This document shows, piece by piece, positions 1 to 10,042 of a stretch of DNA of 64,000 nucleotides. Both the position numbers and the translations under genes were made by a program. Every line of letters starts with the position of its first letter. Positions within the stretch are counted from its first letter, which is position 1. Under the pieces are notes generated by a model. It saw only the letters and a program-made list of their open reading frames with translations. It was not told the origin of the DNA and made no database searches. Source of the DNA: an uncultured Actinomycetota bacterium (GTDB taxonomy: Bacteria; Actinomycetota; Humimicrobiia; Humimicrobiales; Humimicrobiaceae); the NCBI GenBank assembly GCA_964387355.1, contig CAYLWJ010000107.1, forward strand, positions 1,669-65,668, given 5' to 3'.

Positions 1-660
1 AACAATCTCAAGAACTGAAATGTCCATATCTTCAATTTCCTGCTTAGAAGGTATGTAAACCATATCCTGGTCATTAAGTTTCAAAGCCAAATTTACAACC
101 TCCAAACAGGCTTCTTTATCTGCTCCACCTGCAATTTTTAATAAATCAGCAATTCTAGCTTCTTTTGATAGCTCATAAACACCTGGATTTAATACACTTC
201 CACATATATAAGCTTTAATTTGGTCATTTTCTAAGTTATCAGTATAATAATTTTCCATATTGTTTTCGTTTTCCATATTTTTCCCGCTACTATTTAAACC
301 ATTATCCAAAACAGAATTACTTTTGGAATTTAAATAAGAAGCAGAATCACTTTTTGAATTTACAGGTGAACTGCTATCATAGTGTTTATCTTCTGAGTCA
401 CTTCCTGAAGAAGTTTTACCTAAATTATTTAAATCCTTTTCATTATTTTTTTCTATATCTGAATAATAACTCTTTAAAATATTTTCTTTTACTTTTATTT
501 GCTTTTTTTGATAAAAATATATACCAACAGCCGTAAGCGAAATAATAATTACCAGCATAAATATGGCAATAAAGTAATGCTTCTCCCTACTGTATACAAT
601 CCTTTCTAATGCAAATTTTATTTTTAATAATTTTTCTTTAATGTCTATAAAATTAAGCAT
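1..660 (-). CDS. comEA: ComEA-like competence/DNA-binding protein, partial (C-terminal HhH part runs off the window start)
   Basis: Manual minus-strand translation from the ATG at 660-658 gives an N-terminal TM segment, a Ser/Asn-rich linker, then the SLBB-type motif IKAYICGSVLNPGVYELSKEARIADLLKIAGGADKEACLEVVNLALKLNDQDMVYIPSK typical of ComEA. The ORF is open to coordinate 1. Confidence 0.6.
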   Translation of the reverse strand, partial: MLNFIDIKEKLLKIKFALERIVYSREKHYFIAIFMLVIIISLTAVGIYFYQKKQIKVKENILKSYYSDIEKNNEKDLNNLGKTSSGSDSEDKHYDSSSPVNSKSDSASYLNSKSNSVLDNGLNSSGKNMENENNMENYYTDNLENDQIKAYICGSVLNPGVYELSKEARIADLLKIAGGADKEACLEVVNLALKLNDQDMVYIPSKQEIEDMDISVLEIV

Positions 661-1271
661 CTCTAATTTTTAAGTTTAAAATTTTAAGTTATTAAATTTT
701 AATTTTTATTATTTTTAAAATACATTAATACATATTTAATTTTTGATATATTTATTTATTTATATTATAGCATAAATATATATATTATAAAGCCCTTTTT
801 TATTTTTATATTATTTCTTATATCATTCTTTTTTGTTTTTATTTTTTTCCCCTATATTTATTCCTTATTTTATATTTCTTTATTCTATATAAATTGTTTT
901 AAAAATTTTAAGCAATACAACTAAATTAAAGAAAACGAATAGACATAATTAACCTAAAACGAAAAATAAAATATCCTAGCTTTAAATAAAAAATTAACAA
1001 CAACAACAATAATAATAATGATGATGATAATAAAATTTAAAACGAAAATTTTGTTTATAAATAACATTTATTTATAAAAAACTTGACAAAAAATTTATAA
1101 AATTTAAAATTACAATATATAAAAATATTGATATATATTTATATGTTTATAGACTCAATATTTTTCCTAAATATCTAATATATGTTTAATCTAAGATCTA
1201 ATATCTAAGATCTAAGAATTTAATAAAAAAAATTATTATAATTTAAAAAAACTACTGGAGGGTTAATTTTA

Positions 1272-4200
1272 ATGAAAAAAAACGCTAAATTGGAACTTAT
1301 AAAGGAATTTAACGATAGAATCTCCTTTGAACTAACCGAAAGAAAAATCTACAGTCATGACATTGCTTCAATTCCCAGCATTATTAAACCATTATTAGGC
1401 AGCAAAGTAGCCGAAGCAGTTGTCCAGCCTATTTCTGAAGAAGAACTTATATTTTTAACTAAATGGGCATCTGAAAATAAAATTGCACTAGTCCCTAGAG
1501 GAAAAGCAACATCTGGGTATGGTGGTGTACTACCATTAAAAAGAAGTATTATAGTTGATTTTTTTAGGATGAATAAAATTATTAATATTAATAAACAAAA
1601 TAATACTGTAACTGTTCAACCAGGAATAATTTGGGAAAAATTAGATAAAGAGTTAAAAAAACATGGACTAGCTTTAAGGCTTTACCCTTCAAGCTATCCT
1701 GGCTCTACAGTTGGTGGTTGGTTTGCTCAAGGTGGTGCAGGTATTGGGTCATATGAATTTGGATTTTTTAAAGAAAATGTTGAAAGTATAAAAATTGTTT
1801 TGCCAAATGGCAATGTAGAAAAATTTGAAAAAGAAAATTTAGATTTAATTTCAGAAGCCGAAGGAATTACAGGTTTTATAAGTGAAATAACTTTTAAAGT
1901 TATGCCATTTGAAGAATTAGAGATTTTAGCAGTTTCAACACCTGATGTTTATAATTTACAAAAGTTCTTAAGTCTAATTATTGATTTTAAAATTCCAATT
2001 TGGTCTGTTCTTTTTATTAACCCAAAAATGGCTGAGTTAAAAAATCAAACTCCACCAAAAGAACATGTTCATTTTAATTCAGACAATAAAATCGACAATA
2101 AAAGTACTTTAACAGATGAAATAATTTTACCAGAAAGCTATATTTCCACTCTAGCTTTTCCTAAAAAAAGCAGCAGTCAAGTTAAAGATGGCCTTGAAAG
2201 TATTCTAAATGAAACAAATTCAACTCTACTTAGCAGTAATATAGCTCAACACGAATGGGAAAACCGCTTTAATACTATGGTAGTAAAAAGGCTTGGACCT
2301 AGCATGGTTCCTTCTGAATTTATCATACCTCTTAATAAGTTAGGAGATACCCTTACAGAAATCATAACAAAGGTAAAGCAGCCAATTATTAAAGAAGGCA
2401 TGGTTATAAAAAGAGACCAAAGTGGCAAGTCTGAAGTTGTAATACTTGGCTTTATACCCAGTGATGAAAGAAAATTTAGTTATAACTTTGTGTTTGCATT
2501 AACTCTTACAATTTTAAAAATAGCACAAAAAAATAACGGCAGACCTTACTCAACCGGATTGTATTTTGCAAATAAAGCTCAGATGGTTTTGGGTAAGGAA
2601 AGACTCCAGAAATTGCTAAATTTTAAAAATGAAGTTGACCCATTTAACATTTTAAATCCAAATAAAGTTTTTGGACTTGGCAGAGTAAATTTATTAATGA
2701 AAACTGCTGAAACCTTAGAACCCTTAATTAAGCCAATTGCCAATAGGGTTATAACAAATATTGGGCAACGATTTGATAAAAAAGACATAAAAGACATTCC
2801 CGCTGACGTTGCATGGTATGCATACTGCTGTTCTCAGTGCGGGTATTGTGTCCCAGAGTGCGACCAATTTTATGGAAGAGGCTGGGAAAGCCAAAGCCCA
2901 CGAGGCAGGTGGTATTGGCTAAGGTTATATTTAGAAGGTAAAGAAAAATGGTCGCAAAAAATGGTGGACTCCTTTTTAGCATGTACAACCTGTGAACTTT
3001 GCAATCTTAAATGCTCTGTAAACCTTCCAATAGAACCATCATGGATGAAAATGAGAGGACGTTTAATTCATGATGAGCATAAAATGACAATTCCTCCTTT
3101 TGAAATGATGGCTGCAGCATTAAATAGAAATGGAGACATTTGGGCTGGATACAGAGAAAATAGAGAGAAATGGTTTCCTCAAGATTTAAAGGAAAAACAT
3201 TATAATCCAAATATTAAAAAAGATACCATATATTTTGCTGGGTGTACTGCAAGCTATGTTGAAAATGATATAGCAATGGCAACAGTAAGACTGCTTGACA
3301 GCGCTGGAGTTGATTTTGATTATTTAGGAACAGAAGAGAATTGCTGCGGCATACCAATGCTAGTAGCAGGAAAATGGGATGATTTTATAAATACAATGAA
3401 AAACAATATAGAAGCAGTAAAAAGCAGAGGTGCTTCAACTGTAATAGCATCTTGTCCTGCCTGTGATATGATGTGGAGAACTGTTTATGTCCAATGGGCA
3501 AAAAAATTGGGGCTTGAATATAATATTAAGGCAAAACATTATAGTGAAGTTATTGCAGAAAAAATTAGAAATAAAGAATTCCATTTCCCTCAAAAAGCAG
3601 AACTTAAAGAAAAAATCAATGTTACTTGGCATGATTCCTGCCATATTGGACGAGCCTCTGGTGTTTATGATCCACCAAGGGAAATTATAAAAGCTATTCC
3701 AAATGTTAATTTAATTGAAATGGAAAATAATAAAGAAAATGCTCACTGTTGCGGTAGCGTCCTAACTTTAATTAAAGAACCTCCAGTAGCAGCAGAAGTA
3801 GGAAAAATTAGGCTAGATGAAGCAGTAGAATGCGGAGCTGAAAAAGTATTATCACTTTGCCCATGCTGTGAATTTCAATTTAGGGTAACAAAGGAAAAAA
3901 AGAATATAAATTTAGAAATAGTTGATTTAGCAAGATTTGCATCCAAAGCTCTAGGCTATGATTTTCCTGAGCCAAACCCTGAAGTTCAGCGACAATGGGC
4001 TGTTTTTGAAGCCATGATTTCTCTTATGAGCCCAGAAGGCTTTGCATCCGTAATGAAAAGTATGTGGCCTCAGCTGATTTCAGCAATGCCTTTAAAAATG
4101 GGCTCAATGATGAAGCTCATGGGAAAAATTCCAGGCGCGCTTAAAATGATGAAACCTCTTTTCCCAGTTTTATTTCCAATACTTTTACCCAAGATGATGC

Positions 4201-4382
4201 CAAAAGTAATGGGTACTATGCTAAAAATCATATCAGATAAAATACCAATGCCTGATTATATGCTTGAACAGATGCCAGAGCTAATGCCAAGAGTTATGGA
4301 TAATTTAATGCCCCATATGATTGGAGATGTTATCCCGCTTGTTGCAGATGATATGATAAATTATCTTCAAAATAAAAAATAA
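1272..4382 (+). CDS. FAD-linked oxidase (PCMH FAD-binding domain) fused to a 4Fe-4S ferredoxin domain and two Cys-rich CCG domains (Dld / GlcD-GlcF-fusion-like, plausibly D-lactate or glycolate dehydrogenase), with an unusual Met/Pro-rich C-terminal tail
   Basis: N-terminal VVQPISEEELIFLTKWASENKIALVPRGKATSGYGG matches the FAD_binding_4 signature. CCSQCGYCVPECDQF and CTTCELCNLKC are 4Fe-4S motifs. CTASY...NCCGIP and WHDSCHIG...AHCCGS are CCG-domain motifs as in GlcF/GlpC/HdrD. The final ~130 aa are Met-rich. Confidence 0.75.
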   Translation: MKKNAKLELIKEFNDRISFELTERKIYSHDIASIPSIIKPLLGSKVAEAVVQPISEEELIFLTKWASENKIALVPRGKATSGYGGVLPLKRSIIVDFFRMNKIININKQNNTVTVQPGIIWEKLDKELKKHGLALRLYPSSYPGSTVGGWFAQGGAGIGSYEFGFFKENVESIKIVLPNGNVEKFEKENLDLISEAEGITGFISEITFKVMPFEELEILAVSTPDVYNLQKFLSLIIDFKIPIWSVLFINPKMAELKNQTPPKEHVHFNSDNKIDNKSTLTDEIILPESYISTLAFPKKSSSQVKDGLESILNETNSTLLSSNIAQHEWENRFNTMVVKRLGPSMVPSEFIIPLNKLGDTLTEIITKVKQPIIKEGMVIKRDQSGKSEVVILGFIPSDERKFSYNFVFALTLTILKIAQKNNGRPYSTGLYFANKAQMVLGKERLQKLLNFKNEVDPFNILNPNKVFGLGRVNLLMKTAETLEPLIKPIANRVITNIGQRFDKKDIKDIPADVAWYAYCCSQCGYCVPECDQFYGRGWESQSPRGRWYWLRLYLEGKEKWSQKMVDSFLACTTCELCNLKCSVNLPIEPSWMKMRGRLIHDEHKMTIPPFEMMAAALNRNGDIWAGYRENREKWFPQDLKEKHYNPNIKKDTIYFAGCTASYVENDIAMATVRLLDSAGVDFDYLGTEENCCGIPMLVAGKWDDFINTMKNNIEAVKSRGASTVIASCPACDMMWRTVYVQWAKKLGLEYNIKAKHYSEVIAEKIRNKEFHFPQKAELKEKINVTWHDSCHIGRASGVYDPPREIIKAIPNVNLIEMENNKENAHCCGSVLTLIKEPPVAAEVGKIRLDEAVECGAEKVLSLCPCCEFQFRVTKEKKNINLEIVDLARFASKALGYDFPEPNPEVQRQWAVFEAMISLMSPEGFASVMKSMWPQLISAMPLKMGSMMKLMGKIPGALKMMKPLFPVLFPILLPKMMPKVMGTMLKIISDKIPMPDYMLEQMPELMPRVMDNLMPHMIGDVIPLVADDMINYLQNKK

Positions 4383-4530
4383 GAAAAGATAAAAGTATAT
4401 TTATAGAGATACATTATAAAGGTATATTTTTTAAAAGGTATATTTATATATAGATACATATTTTCCGAATTTGCTGAAAAAATCGCTGAATTTGCCAATC
4501 TAGCTGGACTAACTGAATTTGAAAATTTAT

Positions 4531-5706
4531 TTACTGAAGATGTAACTTCCAATTTATATCAACCCATTTGTTTTTATTAACGCTTTCGAGTATAGCATCA
4601 ATTATTACCATAATTTTATACCCTTCTTCAAAAGTTGGAAAGTCAGGAACAATACCCTTATCTGCTCCATCATTTTTAATATATTCATAAATTCTAGACA
4701 TAATGTTTTTCCATGAATCTCCATAACCTTCAGTAAGCCCGCCTGAAAATGCACTGTACTTTCTAGAGTTTTGGCTCATAAGATTTGGGTCTTTAAACAA
4801 TATTTCATTAGGTTTGGATCTATTACCAATCCATAATTTATTTGGCTCTTCTCCATGCCATGAAATGCTTTTATCTAAGCCAATAATTTCCCATTCAATT
4901 CGTTGTTTTCTTCCTGGACAAACTTGTGCAGCCATTAAAACACCTTTAATGTTATCTTCAAATTTAAACATAACTGTTGCATGATCTTCTGTATCCACCC
5001 TTATTTCTTCATACTCGCCAGGTTTTAATTCTCTTTCCTCAAAAGTTGTAATTCTTATTGTAGGCTTTTTTCTTATTGGAATGAAAGTAGTAATATCTCC
5101 AAAAACTGAAATTATTTTTTTGCCTAAAATCATTTGAACCATCTGCATCCAATGAGAAGCTATATCTGATAGTACCCTTGAGCTTCCCTGATACTTTGCT
5201 TCAACTCTCCAGTTGTAATCACTGTCTCTTGAAAGCCAGTCCTGCATATATCTGCCAAATACAAGATTAATTTTTCCTAGATCTCCTTTCTTAACTATTT
5301 CCTTAGCTTCTTGAACCATTGGATAAAAACCCATATTAAATGTTGTTGCATTAACAACATTTGCTTTTTTTGCTAGTTCTACTAAGTGTCTTGCTTCTTT
5401 TAAGTCCATAGAGAGCGGTTTTTCACAAATTACATGTTTTCTTGCCTCAAGGCATGCTTTTGATACAGGATAATGAAGATTATTAGAACATGTAACATGC
5501 ACAACATCAATTTCAGGGTCATTAACTAAATCTTGCCAGTTTCCATATGCTTTAGGTATATTTAACTGTCTAGCTGCTAAATTGGCTGTCTCTTGATTAA
5601 TTTCAGCTACAGCTAAAATTTCTGGATAACCAAGTCTTCTTACGCTTTCAATATGAACTGGACCAATAAAGCCAGCCCCTACAAACCCTACTCTTATTCT
5701 ATCCAT
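4531..5706 (-). CDS. Gfo/Idh/MocA family NAD(P)-dependent oxidoreductase
   Basis: N-terminus MDRIRVGFVGAGFIGPVHIESVRRLGYPEILAVAE is a Rossmann GxGxxG motif, with a conserved EKP motif (CEKPLSM). Length 391 aa is typical. Confidence 0.8.
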   Translation of the reverse strand: MDRIRVGFVGAGFIGPVHIESVRRLGYPEILAVAEINQETANLAARQLNIPKAYGNWQDLVNDPEIDVVHVTCSNNLHYPVSKACLEARKHVICEKPLSMDLKEARHLVELAKKANVVNATTFNMGFYPMVQEAKEIVKKGDLGKINLVFGRYMQDWLSRDSDYNWRVEAKYQGSSRVLSDIASHWMQMVQMILGKKIISVFGDITTFIPIRKKPTIRITTFEERELKPGEYEEIRVDTEDHATVMFKFEDNIKGVLMAAQVCPGRKQRIEWEIIGLDKSISWHGEEPNKLWIGNRSKPNEILFKDPNLMSQNSRKYSAFSGGLTEGYGDSWKNIMSRIYEYIKNDGADKGIVPDFPTFEEGYKIMVIIDAILESVNKNKWVDINWKLHLQ

Positions 5707-5900
5707 AAGAACTCCTTATATTGTTATATAAAATTAAAATTATGGTAAAAAATTATTTATTTTGACATTTAAGTATTATAATGCAAATATTAAATAAGTT
5801 TAATAGCTTTAATTTAGTAATATATTTAAGTAAAATAGATAAAAATAACAGTATTATTACAGAATATAAATATATAATATAGTTTTATTGTAAAAATATT

Positions 5901-5924
5901 AAATTAAATTAAATTAAATTAATT
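5901..5924. repeat. (AAATT)n pentanucleotide microsatellite
   Basis: aaattaaattaaattaaattaatt. Confidence 0.5.
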
Positions 5925-5953
5925 AGATTAAGTTAACAAAGATAGTAAAGGAG

Positions 5954-6373
5954 TTGATTATAATGACTGAATTGCAAAAAAAAATTGAAAAGAAACTTAA
6001 AGAAGCAAAGGTCGATTTTGTTTGTGAATATATGGGAATAGACTTTTTTAAAATTTTCATAGAACCTTATGAAAATTGGGATAAAGACCCATACGAAAAC
6101 CACATTTGGAAAATAACAAAGTCTTCCAAGGTTGGCTATACAATAAGTGCAATACCCCCAAGTAATATGTTTAATGAAATCCCATGGGAAGAATGGTTCC
6201 CGGAAAATGGGAAAAACAACCACTTCCTCTTGTATACAGTTAAAAAGGAAAACTCTACAGGCCAATGGAAGGGAGAACTTGATGATAAAGACCATCCTTC
6301 AGAAGTTTTAGGCTACCAATGGTACTTTGTACCTGATGATAATTTGGTCCCACTGCTTCTCAGGAAAAAATAA
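5954..6373 (+). CDS. hypothetical protein (139 aa), no recognisable domain
   Basis: Intact ORF in an otherwise non-coding AT-rich interval. Trp/Glu-rich. No homology recognised by eye. Confidence 0.35.
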   Translation: MIIMTELQKKIEKKLKEAKVDFVCEYMGIDFFKIFIEPYENWDKDPYENHIWKITKSSKVGYTISAIPPSNMFNEIPWEEWFPENGKNNHFLLYTVKKENSTGQWKGELDDKDHPSEVLGYQWYFVPDDNLVPLLLRKK

Positions 6374-6558
6374 AACAATATCGATTTTTTATAAAAATAA
6401 TTATAAAATTGAAAAATACTAAACATAAAAGCAATTCTAGCCAAAGCAGTTTTAATATAATTTAGTAAATATGTTTTAGTATTTTTAGTATTAAATATAA
6501 TAAAATAAATTAAATAACTAATTAAACAATTAACTAAGTAACCAACTAGATAACTAAT

Positions 6559-6969
6559 ATGAAACTTATTACAAGAGATACAGATTACTCAATTAGAGCA
6601 TTAATTTATATTGCTCAAAATAACAATCGTATAACTTCAATAACAGAATTGGTAAAAAAATTAGATACCCCAAGACCATTTTTAAGAAAAATTCTTCAAA
6701 TTTTAAGCAATAATAATATTTTAGAGTCTTATAAAGGTAAAAATGGTGGTTTTAAACTTGCTAAAAAACCTGAGGAAATATATCTTTTAGATTTAATAGA
6801 AATATTTCAGGGTAAATTTAAGATAAATGAATGTCTATTTAAGAAAAAAATCTGCCCAGACCAAGCAAACTGCAGATTAAAATATAAGCTTGATGAAATA
6901 GAAAAACTTGTTGAACGTAAAATAAAAGAAATTAACCTCCAATCATTGTTAGCTGCAGATAAACAATAA
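6559..6969 (+). CDS. Rrf2-family (IscR/NsrR-like) transcriptional regulator with a 3-Cys putative Fe-S ligand motif
   Basis: MKLITRDTDYSIRALIYIA...ITSITELVKKLDTPRPFLRKILQILSNNNILESYKGKNGGFKLAKKPEEI is a canonical Rrf2 wHTH. C-terminal CLFKKKICPDQANC has three Cys spaced 6 and 5 apart, like the IscR cluster ligands. Confidence 0.8.
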   Translation: MKLITRDTDYSIRALIYIAQNNNRITSITELVKKLDTPRPFLRKILQILSNNNILESYKGKNGGFKLAKKPEEIYLLDLIEIFQGKFKINECLFKKKICPDQANCRLKYKLDEIEKLVERKIKEINLQSLLAADKQ

Positions 6970-7023
6970 CTTTGATTGACTGCAATACTGCTAAATATTG
7001 ATTGCAATATTTACTCTATTACT

Positions 7024-9882
7024 CTATTTTACAACAATATTTACCAGCTTATCAGGAACAGTTACAATCTTTAAAATCTTTTTACCTTCAATAAATTTTA
7101 AAACTTTATCGCTCCTTAATGCTTGCTCTTTAAGTTCAGCCTCAGATGCGCCTGCAGGTAATTCTTTCTTATCCCTTAATTTTCCATTTACCTGAAATAC
7201 AATAGTTAATAGTTCCTGTTTTGCAATTTCTTCATCAAATTCTGGCCATTTTTGCCTATGTATGCTAACTGGCATTCCAAACAAATGCCATAACTCTTCA
7301 GTTATAAAAGGAGCAATAGGTGAAAGAAGCTGAAGAATTTTTAAACTTACTTCAAATAATAGATCAGGATTTTTATTCAAATCATCTACTTCTTCATTGT
7401 ATTTATTAATGGAATTTGTCAGCTCCATTATTGCACTAATTGCAGTATTAAAATTAAATCTATTTAAAATATCAAAAGTTACTTTTTTTATCGTTTGATG
7501 AAGCTTTCTAAAAAGCTCCTTGTCATTAGCCGATATTTTATTTGACTTAAAATCTTTCCTTAAATTTTGCTCTATTTGTTCTAATTGCTCTAATCGTTTT
7601 AAATATCCTAGCTGTTCAACTGGTTCACGCTGCTTTTCTTGCGTAGGCTGCTTTTCTTGTATAAGTAGCTTATCTCGTTGATTCTGCTTAAGCTGAACTT
7701 GTTGTCTAAGCTGTTCCTTATTTTCTAACTGTTCTTGCTGTTTAAACTGACTCTCTATAATTGTATTAATTGTATTGCTTTTTCCATCATTATTTTTTAT
7801 AAAATATAGATTTTCACTAATTATTCTCCAAAACCTTTTTAAAAATCTATTGGCTCCTTCTACACCTGTATCACTCCAATCAACCATTGAATCTGCAGGC
7901 CCTATAAACAATATATATAACCTTAGGGTATCTGCACCATACTTATTATATATCTCAGACGGATTTACAATATTGCCCTTTGACTTTGACATTTTTTGTC
8001 CGCCTAATGTAACAATTCCATGAGGGTAGTATTTTGTAAATGGCTCTTTAAAATCAACTAGTCCAGCATCAAATAATACTTTTGTAAAAAAACGGGCATA
8101 AATTAAATGCATTGTTGCATGTTCAATCCCGCCAATGTACTGGTCCACTGGCATCCAATACTTTACAGAATCTTTACTAAAAGCTGTATTATTTTCATGC
8201 GGACTGCAATACCTTAAAAAATACCATGAAGAACAAACAAAAGTGTCCATTGTATCAGTTTCTCTTTTTGCTTTACCTTTACACTTTGGACAAGTGGTGT
8301 TAACAAAATCTTCACAATACAAAAGTGGTGAAAGTCCAGTTGGTCTAAAGTCAACATTATAAGGAAGCAACACAGGCAAATCTTTTTCAGGAACCGGGAC
8401 TATACCGCATTTATCACAATAAATTATTGGTATGGGCGCTCCCCAGTATCTTTGCCTTGAAATAAGCCAATCTTTTAACTTATAATTTACTTCAAAATCA
8501 CCAATAGCCTTTTCCTTTAAAAACTTGGTAATCTCTTTTTTACCAAGCTCTGAAGACATTCCACTAAACTTTCCAGAATTAATCATTATACCTTTTTCAA
8601 CATAAGCTTCATTTAATGAATCCGAAGGCTTTCCGTCGGGAGAAATCACCTGTCTTATTGGTATTTTATATTTTTTTGCAAATTCAAAATCCCTAGAATC
8701 ATGTGCAGGAACAGCCATAACAGCGCCTGTACCATACTCAAGAAGAACATAATTTGCAATCCAAACTGGAACTCTTTCATTATTTACTGGGTTTATAACA
8801 TACCGCCCTGTAAAACAGCCAATTTTTTCAGCTTCAGTTGAACCTCTTTCAATATCTGTCTGCCTAGAAATAATATCTTTAATTTTTTCAACTTCTGCCT
8901 TTCTTTCACTATCAACAACAATCTTATCAACTAATGGATGTTCGGGGGCAAGGATAAAAAAGGTGACTCCAAAAAGTGTATCAGGCCTTGTTGTAAATAC
9001 AGGAATTTCAATATCGCCATCAATACCCTCAATATTATCATTGCTTTCTTGATTGAGGTTGTTATTAATTTCTTCAGATTTAATTTTTTCTAATTTAAAA
9101 ACTACTCTTGCACCTTCGCTTCTTCCAATCCAGTTTTGCTGAATAGTAAGAACTCTTTCTGGCCACCCGTCCTTAATAATTTCCATATCATCTAATAGCC
9201 TTTGTGCATAATTAGTTATTTTAAAAAACCATTGTGAAAGAGTCCTTCTTCTTACTGGATTATCACATCTTTCGCATTTCCCATCTATAACCTGCTCATT
9301 TGCAAGAACAGTTTGACATGAATCACACCAGTTAACTGGGCCTTCCTTTTTTTCAGCAAGTCCCATTTTATATAAAAGTAAAAAAAGCCATTGCGTCCAT
9401 TTATAATAATCTGGTTCACTTGTAATTATTTCATCCTCAAAATTATAGGTCATACCCATTCTTTTAAGAGCTTTCCGCATCTTCTCAATATTTGCCATTG
9501 TGCTATCTTTTGGATGAATTCCATTTTTAATTGCAGCATTTTCAGCAGGTAGACCAAATGCATCATATCCAATTGGGTGTAAAACATTATAGCCTTTTCT
9601 TGAGAATATTCTTGCCAGTACATCGCCAATTGTATAATTTCTAGCATGGCCCATATGAGGCTCGCCAGATGGATATGGAAACATTTCAAGGATATAATAT
9701 TTTATTAATTTATCTGGAAGGTCATTGTTTTTAATTTCAAGGACATTTGTTTTATTTTCTTCCCAAACCTTAAGCCATTTTTGTTCTATCTTTTCTGGAA
9801 TATACTCAAGGTATTTTTGCTTTATTTTTTTTCCAAAATTGTCTATTTCATAGCTTTTTTTTTCTGAATCTTTTATATCCAA
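7024..9882 (-). CDS. leuS: leucyl-tRNA synthetase
   Basis: HIGH-type motif PYPSGEPHMGHARNYTIGDV and KMSKS motif GQKMSKSKGN. Includes a CP1 editing domain. Length 952 aa, with a Q-rich low-complexity insertion near aa 700-765. Confidence 0.95.
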   Translation of the reverse strand: MDIKDSEKKSYEIDNFGKKIKQKYLEYIPEKIEQKWLKVWEENKTNVLEIKNNDLPDKLIKYYILEMFPYPSGEPHMGHARNYTIGDVLARIFSRKGYNVLHPIGYDAFGLPAENAAIKNGIHPKDSTMANIEKMRKALKRMGMTYNFEDEIITSEPDYYKWTQWLFLLLYKMGLAEKKEGPVNWCDSCQTVLANEQVIDGKCERCDNPVRRRTLSQWFFKITNYAQRLLDDMEIIKDGWPERVLTIQQNWIGRSEGARVVFKLEKIKSEEINNNLNQESNDNIEGIDGDIEIPVFTTRPDTLFGVTFFILAPEHPLVDKIVVDSERKAEVEKIKDIISRQTDIERGSTEAEKIGCFTGRYVINPVNNERVPVWIANYVLLEYGTGAVMAVPAHDSRDFEFAKKYKIPIRQVISPDGKPSDSLNEAYVEKGIMINSGKFSGMSSELGKKEITKFLKEKAIGDFEVNYKLKDWLISRQRYWGAPIPIIYCDKCGIVPVPEKDLPVLLPYNVDFRPTGLSPLLYCEDFVNTTCPKCKGKAKRETDTMDTFVCSSWYFLRYCSPHENNTAFSKDSVKYWMPVDQYIGGIEHATMHLIYARFFTKVLFDAGLVDFKEPFTKYYPHGIVTLGGQKMSKSKGNIVNPSEIYNKYGADTLRLYILFIGPADSMVDWSDTGVEGANRFLKRFWRIISENLYFIKNNDGKSNTINTIIESQFKQQEQLENKEQLRQQVQLKQNQRDKLLIQEKQPTQEKQREPVEQLGYLKRLEQLEQIEQNLRKDFKSNKISANDKELFRKLHQTIKKVTFDILNRFNFNTAISAIMELTNSINKYNEEVDDLNKNPDLLFEVSLKILQLLSPIAPFITEELWHLFGMPVSIHRQKWPEFDEEIAKQELLTIVFQVNGKLRDKKELPAGASEAELKEQALRSDKVLKFIEGKKILKIVTVPDKLVNIVVK

Positions 9883-10042
9883 TTTCTTTCTTTCCAGCCT
9901 ATTGTTTCAAATTTTTCTAACCAATTTCTAGTTTTATTTCTAGTTTTTATTTAAACTTTTATTTAAATTTTTATTTGTAAAAAAACATTTGCTTTTTGTA
10001 TTTTTAATTTTAATTTAGCTTCTCTTTACATATTTAAGCAAT

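Noticed and set aside
354-536. 60-aa plus-strand ORF
   Set aside because: Antisense within the comEA coding region (Ser/Asn-rich linker). Shadow ORF.
9883-10042. T-box leader expected upstream of leuS (and of valS at 37394-37475)
   Set aside because: The 5' leaders are only ~160 nt and ~80 nt and contain no specifier/T-box consensus. Apparently absent here.
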